A stretch of DNA of 64,000 nt from Leucoraja ocellata (lineage: Eukaryota): positions 1,612,001 through 1,676,000 of the forward strand of contig JAWMAR010000430.1 in the NCBI GenBank assembly GCA_036785375.1, written 5' to 3'. Each line of letters starts with the position of its first letter. Positions within the stretch are counted from its first letter, which is position 1. Under the pieces are notes generated by a model that worked only from the letters and a program-made list of their open reading frames with translations, was not told the DNA's origin and did no database searches. The position numbers and the translations under genes were made by a program. Of the stretch, positions 12,582 to 25,639 are shown piece after piece.

Positions 12582-13561
12582 CTGTGGAAGACAAAAGCAG
12601 AAACCGGTCTAAATTCACCTCAAGATAACATCTTTCCAAAACTGAGGATAGGCTTTATATATCAATCACACAGACACAAGAAACTGTACACGCTGAAATC
12701 TTAAGCAAAAAACAAACTGCTCAAGTTACTCCAGCACTTTTTTCTATTTTGCACAGGAAAATCACATTCTGCTTGTTTCCGACTGATGGTGTTCCACAAA
12801 CCCAGTCAGACTTCAACCATCCTAATGCACCACACTGTCATTCATTTTTCTCCATGGTTTCTGTGATCTACATTACACATAAATTAATTTTTGAATTTGT
12901 ATTTTTTGGGGAGAAATAGAATAGTTTCACTTTAATTGTTCAAATCAAGGTTAAAATATATAACTTTAAAATTTTAACATGCTTACCAAATGTTATATCC
13001 ACTATATTCACCCTAGTGCATAAATAATGCATTTAAGTAATGACTTTTTTTTTCATTTCAGTTGACCATCATTATTTTATCAGGAGCATCTGACATGTAA
13101 TATTTTTCCATCACATGACATAGATTTTTCCTTTGTTTATGCTTAACCCATACATTATTATCATTGATATATTATTTTAGAACCATATTAAAGAACGTGA
13201 AAGACATGCATAAGAGAAATCTGTTGACTCACCTGAGCACATCCTTTAAAAACTCAACCAACCTACCTGGAGTTCTACTTGATCTATGATCAAGTGGGCA
13301 TAACTCTGGGCAGAAATGTGTGTCATCGAGCCTAGTATAGTGGTGTGAAAAAAGAGACTGCAGATGCTAGAATACGGAATAAAAATCAGAACACTGGAAG
13401 AACTAAGCAGGTCAAATGGCACCTGTGGAGGCAAAATGTTTGTTAACCTTTTGGGTTGCAACCTTGCAGCACGACTGAGAGGGAAGAGAAAAGATTGCCA
13501 GTTTTTCCAGCAGTAGAGGTGAAGGTGGGACAGAGAGGCCAAACACAAATTGGAAGACTGA

Positions 13562-13752
13562 TGGGCCTGGCCCACTTGGCGATTTTTTCGGCGACTATCG
13601 GCATCATTGACCGATGTATCAGGTCACCGAAAAAGTGACGACGTTTAGACGCACGGTGTCTCCTCAAGTGTCGCAAATCTTCCGGTGACCCTGATACGTC
13701 AGTCAATGATGCCGGCAGTCGCCGAAAAAAATTGCCAAGTGGGACAGGCCCA
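13562..13752. mobile_element. Palindromic Harbinger-type MITE
   Basis: TIRs TGGGCCTGGCCCACTTGGC and GCCAAGTGGGACAGGCCCA extend into long imperfect arms. Flanks are TGA and TAA. Confidence 0.8.
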
Positions 13753-13759
13753 TAATACT

Positions 13760-14010
13760 GTATCTCACTTTCTGCTTGTCAGCTTACAGCCCAATGATAT
13801 GAACATTGAATTCTCCCAGCTTAACATAACACATACCCTCAGTGTCCCTTTCCCACACCCTCACAGCCATGTTGTTTTCTTCTCCTTTTCCCATCCATTC
13901 TGCGACCCCTTCCCCAGTTTGGTTCCATCTGCCCAATATCCACTGCACATCTACTTCCGTCTTTCAACAACCAGTCTTTGCCCCACACCTCCCTCGTACT
14001 GCTTTATATT
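13760..14010 (+). mobile_element. Penelope-like element 3' fragment
   Basis: Encodes ...SLQPNDMNIEFS, a typical end of a PLE ORF, followed by a CT-rich tract like that in 11706-11930. Confidence 0.5.
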
Positions 14011-17000
14011 GGTAAACCTTTCTTTGTAAATATTGCAATGCCCTGTGTTACTATAGCATCTAAATTATAGATTTGGAAGATAAATATTTTAATTTACAGC
14101 ATTTTTAAATCAACATAGAACTTTCTCATCTTATTTTATAAAAAGCCAGACCTCTTAATTCATCTAAGAATTAAACATGACTGGAGTTCATTTCTTAAAC
14201 AGATTGTTGATTACTAAAGCCTGTGCAGTTCACGTTTTAATTACTTCCCACTGTATTTCATCATAAATACTTTTTTTCATCCCTTAGTCATTCAGTTAAA
14301 TTTGCCTTTCTCTAATTACGTAACTCCTTTATCCTTCTGCATAAGTAAATGATCTAAAATCTGTAATCATTGACGTCAACATTTTCTAAATCTTTTCAAC
14401 ATCTTTACTAATGTACTTTACTTATGTATTATGTTTAATACTCAGTGTACAGTCGCACTAAAGCATGTTATCATTTATTTGTACATTGGTTTCAAAAGAT
14501 TAGACATTACTCCTGACATTCACAGAAATAAATCTATTTGGGAACTGACATTTAAATGAATTAGATTTGTGAAAGGATCCTTGTAATTTTTAGTAATCCA
14601 TCTTCCTCTAATTTGATTTATTTGTTGTTTAACAGACACAGTAAAGAGCATAATATATCTAATCCTGTAAGTCTCAACCAAAATCTTCAGTGAAAAATGA
14701 GGATGATTATTTACGTGGCCAGAGATTATAGTTAAAAAATTAGAACTATTGTAATACATATTTACATGGAATTATTCCCCCCCCAACACAAAACAAAAAA
14801 GAATTATGGTGTAATGTGCAACGTAATCTGCAATAATAACAGAACATTTTGGAAATACTCAACATATTGGCTGTGGTAGAAAAGGGAAGAGTTAACATTT
14901 TAGGTTGTTGACTTTTTCTTAATTTCAACCTCAATGCCCAGTAACGTGTTGCTAGGTGACGAATGTCTTTGAATGTGACGCCTTTTCTATTAAATGATGC
15001 TTCATTCACAATTCAAGGTTGAATGGCTGAGATTAAAAACCCACTATTGAGCAAACAACAACATAGAACCATGAGCTGATGCTCTGCTTTACAGCATTGC
15101 CCTGTCTACCAGAGGGTTTCACAGTGACAATCACAGGTAGAGACAGGATTTACCAGTCAATTCACTGCTCACAACCTGAGGCGATATGATAACTCAATTG
15201 AGAAAGAACCTAAAGTAGTGTTAAACAAAATCACCAAGGATTCAATATATTTGGTTCAATTATATAAACATATTAAATGTTTTGACAATTGATGGAATTC
15301 AAAAAAGGTTTGGGGTCAATCTTGATCTAAAGAACCTCATAATTATGTACAAGATACAGGAAAGGCAGAGAGTGGCATAGAGCTCATTAGATTATGTACT
15401 TTGGCAGATTATTTGATGGAGTAGGTTTAATTCAGTTGGTGCAATAATATATTGGATCCACATTTCCCCTCTGATACACACATTAAAAGATCAGTTTGAT
15501 GGATTATGGATTTGGCTGTGCTGTAAAAGAGGATAATGGTCAGCAAAGTAACAAGTTTGCTCCCAGATTCATTGATGTCTCGCTGATGGTGGCTCACATG
15601 ATTGTATTGCCTGATTATGTGAAGAAAATGTCATCAGTAGAAACCTATTGCCTGGATGATGATAGCAGGAGTCGGCATCCACAGCCCTCGCAGTGGGGAT
15701 TCCAAAGCTTTACAATACTGTGTAAAGCAATCAGTCCTACCTCAGCTGGAGATGGCCATCTCCATAATCCAAAAATATGTCCCTTTGTTCTAGAATGTTT
15801 GTCTTTGTCCAAGTAAAGAGTAGCTATCTTCTCAAAGATAATAACCCAACAATTACATGTGGATTTTCACCTAGAGCTTGGAAATTACATCATATGACAT
15901 GATACGATGACAGGTATACCAACCCTTGCCATTCGGCAGGAAAGTGTTGAGCACGGGACCAGAAGTGATGGGCGGGGGGAGAGAAGAGAACGTCTTGTCC
16001 TCCGATAGGCAGGTCACATATGTTGTCTAGTTTCCCATCAGATATGTATACCGGTATAACTGGAGATAGTGCTCTAGTGAGGAGACATCCTGGGCCCCTT
16101 GATTCACAAAATATCAGCTGAGAGCATCCAGAAAAGTGATCTGAGCAGCCTGCCTTTCTTTGAAGTGTTATGCGTAGCACTAAAGATTTTCACAGTTCCA
16201 CTGTACATGTGACAATAATAAACTAAACCTTGTAGAACCTGAAAAAGGAGGAAACTGTAAACACACTGCTGGTACATGGATATGCACACGAACATTTTGT
16301 TCAGAAGTACAACATTATATTGGTTTGCCTTATCATAAGAGGATATCTTAGAAATGTTATCTAGAACAGTGTTTTTTGATGGCATAGAGTATCATTGCGA
16401 CCATTTCTGAGTCACTGGGCACTGCCTCCTGAGGTTCTATCTCGTGAACCTAACTCAATTTCAGGGCACATGGATTCCAATCTCCCGGATTCTTGTACAT
16501 TGGCTAATACACAATCCCAGAAGGTTGACATAGGAAGTCCATTAAGTAAATAAGTTGCTTACCTACATCATTATGCCCCAATCTGCCACACTAAAGTAAA
16601 CTTGTGACACTTACACTCCCAAACCTGAGGCATCCTTGATCTCTTCCACCAATGTTTGCCAATCCCAATATTCCCCAGGTACACCCTCCCCCGCTCCTCT
16701 CCAACCCTGTCAACAAAAATTGCAAGGCTCTCAGCCCCTAATCCCATCAAGAATTGGATGCTCTAAATTTCCACGACAAGCCTGCCTGCCCACCCCAGCA
16801 CTATTCCAATTTCAGACATTCTTGTCTCGTATCAACTCCTGGTTTCTGCATTATGTAGCTACAGGTGGTTTAGGAACTGCTTTTCTGAAGTTTGAGGTTC
16901 TGCGGTATTGTTTTTCAAGCACCCGCTAATGTAAAATACAGCAAGCAAGTAAGCTAAAATAGAAATAAGCAAAAAAAAAAAGTTAATTCAATGCTCGCAG

Positions 17001-17854
17001 AGCTTCTTACAAAGTTTATCAGGAACAAACACAAACTTTTTTTGGATAACAGTCCTTAGCAGCATCATTCATGAAATCATATTTATTGTCAGATTAGATA
17101 CTCATGGATTAATTGGCAAGTTTCAAGAGACTGGGGAACCCGTATGCTTGGGATTAAATTAAGGACTTGTGACTAAACTTCCTCAACAAATATGTAGTAT
17201 GTATTTATTTATGAATGCAATACATGTATTAAATTATAATCTGCCTCCCCCACTTGGATTGAATCTGGATGTAGGTGAGCTTTACATTGTGTGCATCATT
17301 GTCGTGACATTTTTTTCTTCATTGATTCACACAACACCCTATCTTTCCACTGTAAACACACACTTGTGGGATTAAATCTACCACTCGCCTCCACTCAATC
17401 ACCCAAGCTTTACATATATGGTTCTCCATTCAAATGTACAAATTGAATGCACGAGGGAACGCGTGGAGTATATATTTAAAAATGAAACCATTTTTACATT
17501 TTGTTTGTACAAGAAATTAAATCCAGAAAATGTGCGCAGAATCATGAAAAAACTTTCATATAAGTAACTGTTATAATAATTAATTTTATAGTTCTATATA
17601 TGTTCTATATTTCTGGGTAAATGTAGCATTGTACTTGTCAATCTTAACATATGGGCAGAGATTACAATTGTGTTCTTCCTGCATTAAGGTTTGATGACAG
17701 CGCCCCCTCCTTTGGATGTCGCTCTGATACCTCTCGCTGACCGACAGGCCAGCAGAGGCCAATCCTCAGCATCAGCAGTAACAACTGGGTCCAATTTACT
17801 GACTTTGGGTTGGCCCACCTGAACCTCATCAGCGTATTCCTTATAAAATCCAGT

Positions 17855-18042
17855 GAGAATGGAGAGGGTGAGAGAAAAAGCAGGAGAGAGGGTAAAGGAG
17901 AGAGAAGAGAGGAAGGGAGAAAGAAGAGAGAGTGGAAGGGAGAAGAGAGAGGGGAATGGAGAAAGAGAGAGGAAGGGAAAAATAAGTGAAGAGAGAGGGG
18001 AAGGGAGAAAAAAGAGGGGAAGGAAGAATAAAGAGAGAGAAA
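17855..18042. repeat. GA-rich low-complexity tract
   Basis: About 190 bp of almost pure purines. Explains spurious ORF 17853..18116. Confidence 0.9.
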
Positions 18043-18496
18043 TTGGGGTGCCTCCCTGTCAGCTGTGTTTCCCGGATGCAGGTTTGAGAAAGACTGAGTT
18101 ACTGCGACAAACCTGAGAACACCAGAACCACCTTGTGGTTAAGTATGGGTTAATGGAAAGAGGCCCGAGGCAGCCAGCGCTGAGGCTAAGTGAGTGGCCG
18201 GGCATGCCTGAGAACCCAATGCCTCTTCCTGCCTACGGCCAACAAGGGACAGCGCCTGCACACAGAGACAAACACTGAGCCACCAGGATAATCCAGAGAC
18301 TGCCAGCTTCACCTCTTCAAACCCAAAGCTGAGCCACCAAGATAAACCCGAGATCGCCACCAACTCCTATCAAGGCAAGGATGAACTGCAGGGAGAAGCC
18401 TGAGATAGTCACGCCTTCTTACGCGAGTTCACCCTACTGCGGGTGTCACTGTGGTTACTGCCGAACCCGGCATCATTCCTGACGCCACAGGAAAAG

Positions 18497-18770
18497 GGAT
18501 AGCACAGTGACACAGCTGGTAGAACTGCCTCATAACACTGAGATCTGGATCGATCTTGATGTCAGATGCTGTCTGTGTAGAGTTTGCACGTTCTCCTGTA
18601 ACTGCGTTGGTTTCTACTGGGTGCTTCATGGGAATTGTCCTCTGTAGAAATTATAGGAAGTGGATGTGAAATTGGGATAACAGAACAAGTGTGAATGGGT
18701 GATCAATGGTTGGTATGAATTCGTAGGCCAAATGTGTCAGTTTCCAGGTTGTATCATTCAATTGATCACT
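18497..18770 (+). mobile_element. HE1/V-SINE-type SINE, older copy
   Basis: GCACAGTGACACAGCTGGTAGAACTGCC...GGATCGATCTTG...GAGTTTGCACGTTCTCC. Confidence 0.7.
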
Positions 18771-20214
18771 AAAAAGCCAAAAGATCAAGACTATTGAGTG
18801 TTTAGCAGTTCTCCATCTCAAATAATGACTCGGGTTTCTTCAATGTGTAAGGAAGAATATTCTTACCCATGAAATGACAGTTATTTATTGTTACTAAAAT
18901 AAGAAGGACAATAATAAGTGGCAGTATAACATAAACAACCTCAACTACTGGCTGCTTTCCAAATTAGCATGCAAAATATTTTGCTTGAACTCCATGCCAA
19001 TGGAAGTTTGTGCCAGTACTTACTAAGGTATCCAGCACTGAAGCATGGAGCAAATGTCATCCCTCAATTCCATTCTTTTGAAATGCTATCCTTAGTGTCT
19101 AAAGGAATCTTTCAACCTCAGTCTACTGATTAACAAAGTAAAGCAATTGAATTGTATCATAAAATAGGTCAGTTTCTTGCAAGTTCGCTTAGTTGGCAAC
19201 TTGTGCAGTGAATCCAAAAATAAATGCCCATGAGAACCTTGAGATTTATTTTTATTGTGTTAGAATGTTTTAAAATTAGCTGCAGTTTTTGAAAGAGAGC
19301 ATAAAATAACTGCCAAATATGTAACATTTACATGTTCAAGATTGATGTACAAAAATCTATATGTCAGCCTTGACAGCAGGAATGCAGAAAGGCATTCAAT
19401 GGGTTTGATCAGTGGAAATTCCCAAGCTTGGCCGTTGAAGCTCTATTGAATGTGTTACAAGATTGCAAAAGTGCGTTTGCAATTTGTTATTGCAAATGTT
19501 ATAGGTTGCAGTGTGTGTTACATGTCGTACACCCCACTATTCTCTTCTAGACTTTACTTTATATTGAAAGCCTATTGTATCTTTCAGCAACACATGGCCT
19601 ATATCTTAAAATAAACATGATGTAAACCATAGCTTTGAGTCTTAACGTCTAATTAAGAAATACCCTGGGAAGAAGGCAAAGCATGACAGCAGAGGTCTGG
19701 TGAGTAAAATCTCATACAAACAATGACAATGTGAATGCTCAATTTGACTTTTTAAAAGGATAGTGATGGTTTTCACCCCACCATTTTGGAACAAATTTGA
19801 TTCCCATTCTGAATGTGATCGTGTACACGAACATTTTAAACTAGGGATATCCACAGATAAAATTTAAAATGCTGGTTTTCGTTTTGATTTTTTGTTTATG
19901 TTTTCAATGTATTAATTGACACCACCATTGAGTCTCTTATAACCTACGGTTGAGATCCAACATCAAACTTAATAGAAAAGCTATGTCGTAAATGTGATTT
20001 ATGAAGCTGAAGAAGTGTACTTTTATAAAGGTAGTGATATACTAGATCCAAGGGAATTTTCTCAGATGTTTCTAGAATGTGTAGCTGTTACCATTAATGC
20101 TAATATGTTAGTAAAATAATAGTACTACAGTTATTAAGTGAGATTGTTTTATAATATATCCAAATAATTTTGATATTTATGACATGCATGATAATTCATG
20201 CATCCATAATGTGA

Positions 20215-20505
20215 GGTTTAGTTTAGATGTAGCGCAGAAACAGGCCATCCTGCCCATCGAGTCTGCACCGACCAGTGATCCCTGCACATTAACAGTATCC
20301 TACATAGACTAGGGCCAATTTACATTTATACCAAGCCAATTAACCTGCAAACCCATACGTCTTTTGAGTTTGGGAAACCGAAGATCTCGGAGAAAACCCA
20401 TGGTGTCACGGGGAGACTCCGTACAGACAGTACCCATAGTCGGGATCGAACCCAGGCCTCTGGCGCTGTAAGGCAGCAACTCTACCGCTGTGCCACCGTG
20501 CGGCC
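20215..20505 (-). mobile_element. HE1/V-SINE-type SINE
   Basis: Reverse complement begins GGCCGCACGGTGGCACAGCGGTAGAGTTGCTGCC...GGTTCGATCCC. Confidence 0.85.
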
Positions 20506-22126
20506 ATAAGTCTTGAGAATCTTGAATAAACCTTGGATATACAAATTGGGCTCTCCATATTATTCTCTCCATAACTGCACACACATATCATTATCTTAGT
20601 GTGTAATAGTTAGACGATTCTCTCCTTATAGAATTAATACTTTGTGCATTATTTTTTACTTTCTTACAAATATTTAGTTTTTTGTTAATGCAGGCACCTT
20701 AAATACCATTTGATCATGGGCTGAATTGGACAACATGCAAGTTGTTACATGCATCAAAATTATCTAAAATGTTTGAAAATTATCATTCTAGTATATGTTC
20801 TATGGCCTGAACTTTGGCAGCTCGTGGAGAAGGGGATTTGGTTCCTTTATGCATTTTAATATGATCTCCATAAATTAGACAACAATTCTTGCCAACTTTT
20901 AAGACGAGAGATGCCTAAGTATTAAATTACCATGCCATCTTTCTCCATCTGCCTCTGGACTTTTTTATTCCCATTATGGATCTTGACAAAGGGACCATAT
21001 TATACTTCTCAAATTCTCATTTTTCAGAATGTAAGAGTTGTGTATTTATAATATTTTAACAGTTGTTTTTCTCTGTCTCTTTTTCTTCTTTCTTAACAGA
21101 ATGTGTTTGCGGTCTTGGATGTGGATCAAACAAGTAAATTGTTGATTAGGAAAAGTAAGTATGTATTAAATCCATTTGCTTTCACGAGCTTAATTATCCA
21201 CAGAAAGTTCTTTGACATCAGCTATATTTATGGTGTCAACATTGTTTGGACTTTAACATGTGTATATTTTGTGATAAACTGCTTTTGTTTTGCTCAACTA
21301 CATTCCAGTCCCTGTTAATATCATACTTCCAAGATTCAAGAGAGTTTATTGTCATGTGTCCCTGATAGGACAATGACATTCTTGCTTTACTTCAAAACAA
21401 AATTAAGAATTAATGTCGAAATATTGAATGCTGGTGAGTTCACGTGACATTTGTTGTATATGGATAAGAAATGCTCTCATCATAAGGTAGACAAATGGCA
21501 ATAATTGGCATTATATCTCAGCAGCTTAGTTATTAATATGAAGTGCCCGTGACAAGATTTCATTGTGCTGATTTTTTTTTTCACTAATAACACGTATGCA
21601 ATTAATAGACTGACTTTAAAAACCAAAACAGTTATTTGCATTTTATTATAATCAAACAGTGCAGTTCTTAATTAGGTGTTTCTACAAAATCTTTCTACTT
21701 CCAATGATTGTGTCCAACTAACCATTCACCTTTGGCAAAATTATTAAAATGAATGTTAAACATTGTTACCATCTTGTAAGGCACTTGAACAATTCCTAAA
21801 CAAGTTTACCAGTGATGTATTAATATCAAACTATTGGTTTGATTCAGAACAGCCATCAGCAATGGGGGAAACCAGAATGAACGGGGAATGCTCAGGATAG
21901 ACGGCAAAGAAGCCTGCTCAAAATACAAATCCGTTTTGGAGTTTGGTATTTCGCTGTAACGGTTGACTGTGTCTACTAATATGAATATGACTCATTTATT
22001 CCAAGCTGTTATTTTGTCCACATAGTTCATAAACATATTATTTCTGCACATTGTTCAATTACTTTGGTCGCTAAGAATGGCCACAAGTAGCAAATCAGAC
22101 AGAGCGACTTTATCCATGTCAACTAA

Positions 22127-22758
22127 AGGGCTTGTCCCACTTTCCCGAGTTATTCACGAATTCTCCCGAGTTTTCAAACTCGCAGAATGTTCGTAACGAG
22201 TCCGTAGGAGTCCGTGGATATATCCTAGCGGCTCGTTATGCCAGCCGTAGGTACTCGGGCATCAGGTAAGTCGGGACGTTTTTTCGGCCTGATGAAAAAT
22301 GTCCACGAGTAAAAAAAATAGTCCCCAGTACCTAAGGCTGGCATAACGAGCCGCTACGATATCGTACTCCTACGGCCTCCTGCGGACTCGTTACGAACAT
22401 TCTGCGAGTTTGAAAACTCGGGAGAATTCATGAATAAAGACCCTGTCCCTCTTTCGGGAGTTACTCACAAACTCTCTCGAGTCATCCCCATGATTCGAAC
22501 TCGGATATTTACGGTAATGGCCGTTCGTTGGTACTTGGGGCTATTTTTTTTTAACTCGAGGACATTTTTCAACATGTTGAAAAAACGTCCCGACTTACGT
22601 GATGCCCTGAGTTCCTACGGCTGGCATTACGAGCCGCCACGAAACACCTACGGGCTCCTACGAGCTCGCTGCCGACATTACCCGACATTCCCCGAGTTTG
22701 AATCAAGGGGAAAACTCGGGAGAGTTCGTGAGTAACTCGGTAAATTGGGACATGCCCT
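22127..22758. mobile_element. Harbinger-type MITE made of two tandem palindromic units
   Basis: Outer TIRs AGGGCTTGTCCCACTTT and AAATTGGGACATGCCCT with perfect TAA duplication (22124-22126, 22759-22761). Confidence 0.8.
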
Positions 22759-24096
22759 TAACAAACCAAATGGTGTACCAAATGCAACAATATATATTTT
22801 TTTACGTTAAAATGAAATGTTTAACAAATTAGATACCTTTGGCCACCCTGTCTCGCAAATATATTGAGAGTTTCAATCAAAGATACCAGAGGAGCTCCTC
22901 TAGTATCTTTGGTTTCAATATCATTTGGCACTCCCCTAAAAAATGACCCGATGGTTAAATTTGTTCTGTGTTGGTGGCTATGTAGAGCGTTTCTTGTGAA
23001 TGCTACCGCTCCGCTAGTGCGGGGGGAGAGGGCAGCGTTTTGTGGAATGCAGAAGTAAAAATGTGTTCATGTTCATACTGCTCCACATTCATGTTCAAAG
23101 AACTTTCATTTACTGGCCGCATGCCGTAATAAAACAGGGAGCCGATGGTGACTCGGTATGTCTCTATCCCCCCCCCCCCCCCCCCAATTTGTGTGTCGGA
23201 ATCCCCCACTGAACCATTTCAGACCGGCTTGTTAATAACACTGGCATCCTTTTCTACAACATGGGCGCGCCTCTTAGTCTAGACTCCCCGCCTCTCTCTT
23301 CCTCTTCCAACACAGTAGACGTAAGACTTGTTGTCACAACTGTTGGATTCACGCTGAATACTCCAGGAGAATACTGGACATGTGGTCTGCTCATCACGAA
23401 AAGCTGAACGATGCACTTGACGTTGGGTTTTCTAAGCTTATGGTTGGATCAGTCTAGTTCTTTGTTACTTATTCTGCTTCCTACATTAAATAATTTGGCT
23501 CAATATTTTGGGGTGAGAGCTACGGGCAGATCCTGGTCCTTAAATTGAAACTTCGCTCAACAACTCGATGTAAAAGACTCTTACTTTGAAACTACACCCA
23601 ATTAAATATCCCGGTGGCAGAGTAGAAGACAACACCCAGCATTAATATTAGAAGGGAGTCGAGGTAGTTTTAATTCGCACCAAGAACACAAATACACACG
23701 GCTAATGAAAAAGCAAGTTACCATGTACTGCCGTTGATGTCAGGTTTGGCCGTGCCTCACCCCCAAGACGCCAATGGGCTCAGCCTGTGAAATAATATGA
23801 TCGAGATACTGATCTAAAACCAATACTGAAGTCACCATTATCAATTCTGGAACTTTGCCGAGGACAAGACACCATAAATATTCCAATACTTCAGAAATAA
23901 GTTGTTGGTTTATCTTATTTATAATAAATTATATATGTTATGTTAATATATAAAAATAATGTATAATCCAATCGATCATCTAATGTTATCCATCTAATTT
24001 TAACCTTAGATGTTAGTGGCTCAGATATTCAGTTTGTCAGTTGACAATGCGAATGGCCAATACATTAAAATATCTATCGGTATAGACTTAACTTAC

Positions 24097-24151
24097 CTAA
24101 CAGAATCATTAGCAACGAAACCGCATAAAGAAACGTGTTCCACGCACTCAT
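24097..24151 (-). CDS. SCN3B: SCN3B coding exon 1 (signal peptide MSAWNTFLYAVSLLMILL)
   Basis: ATG at 24151, 55 nt, strong donor G|GTAAGT. Phase 1 joins the next exon as GTA (Val). Aligns with the human beta-3 signal peptide MPAFNRLFPLASLVLIYW. Confidence 0.85.
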
Positions 24152-24429
24152 AGTCGGGGAAAGCAGGATCAACCGGCTCTTAAAGATCTTCCACGGATCC
24201 ACTTGTGGCTGTTTCCTTGGATCTCAGCCCTCTCTGGCGTTGCCCAGTCCACAGATTCTCGTACAATAAAGCTGATTAAAACAAGCGACTTGGTTTTAAT
24301 GCATGTTTTAAATGAATCGCTTCAGCGTGGTCCTTTAACGCCAGTCACCAACAGGTTTCCATCCGCCTGTCTGTCTTCTAGTTCCTTTGTGTTGTTCGCC
24401 CTCCGCGCAGACTACGTTACACTTGAGGT

Positions 24430-24450
24430 TTCAGCACTACAGACAGCGCC
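24430..24450 (+). promoter_or_regulatory. RE1/NRSE (REST-binding) element upstream of SCN3B
   Basis: TTCAGCACTACAGACAGCGCC matches the RE1 consensus TTCAGCACCACGGACAGCGCC at 19 of 21 positions with canonical spacing, 279 bp upstream of the SCN3B ATG. Confidence 0.78.
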
Positions 24451-25639
24451 TGATACAGCACATTCACAGATACAAGTGGTGTCTTTAATTCGCGTTTACA
24501 ATAGTGGCACAACCTAAAAATCGATCCAGTATTTACCTTCAAACCAACACGTCGATTATCACAAAAGATCCTGTCTATTTAGTTCGCTTAACGCTGAGGT
24601 TATGGACAAGTGCAAACAACATATATCTTTTCAAAACAATCTGCTGTTGATTACCACTAATATTTTTTATACAGGATACTGTTCGCCTGGTGCTCCTGGT
24701 GAAGGATCCAGTTGGCTTTAGTGCTTCTCTTGTGAGTCCCGGTCCCTCTATTAATATTCCCACTCTTACTCCACCCTCCCTCCAGAACGAGTAACAGCAC
24801 AGACACGCATGCGTTGGCAGTCTACATTGTAATCTGTTATACTCGGTGTTTATGTCATTTGCACTGGTTATTGCAGCCTAATTGGTCCGTACTTTCTCTG
24901 ACCACGTCAACAAGGAAGGCACGTTCGCTTAAGCCTGAATTCGAACCATCAACATTTCCCCCCAAAGTGCTGAAGAGGCCAATGATCGATCGAAAGTTCC
25001 GGATTCCGTCCCACCCCGTTTGTATACGCCCTGTTAGTTAGTTCCGATGTATTATCAACGCTCACTTCTCACTGACAATGTCAGTAATGCTTCAGCATGT
25101 CGTACCCGGAGCAATAGAGCTCGTCCGAGAGAGAGAGAGGTCATCAAGAAACAATGCCAAATATGGTGTCCAATGTTTGTTCGGGGAAATCTCTGCCCTT
25201 GGGAAAGGTGCCAACAACATACCATCTACACGCTGGCATTTGCTGGTATAATGGGACCAGCTTTGAATGGCGTTACCCCGAGCACCAGCATAACAGAGCG
25301 AGCATACATTCTCGCGTTTTATTATTCACTGAGAATCATTTATTTATTTACTTTTAAGATTTTTACAGATATGCCAAGCGTAGATATTGTTAAAAAAAAT
25401 ACTACATCGATTGAAACTGTCATTTGCTTTGTTAAGAGTAAAAATGAGCTGCCAATGGTTTAATTATACAGACTTTTATTTGTGACTTTATCATTCAAAT
25501 ATATTCTAGATAGGTTTAAATGAATACAAAAATAATTATATAAAACTATATTCACATCTGTAACTAACCCTTTCTCATCTTACCTAAAGGCAATCACAGC
25601 TATTAAAACAATATTGAATATGCTGCTGGCATTAAAGGT

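Larger units (their letters stand above)
23000..25350. promoter_or_regulatory. CpG-enriched region around the SCN3B first coding exon (probable promoter/5' region)
   Basis: CpG density is visibly higher than in the flanks, the sequence looks non-repetitive, and it contains the ATG exon and the RE1 site. The TSS was not determined. Confidence 0.5.

Noticed and set aside
17853-18116. Arg/Glu/Lys-rich 87-aa ORF
   Set aside because: Product of a GA low-complexity tract.
25047-25463. 138-aa ORF near the SCN3B promoter
   Set aside because: No recognisable homology, domain or exon structure.
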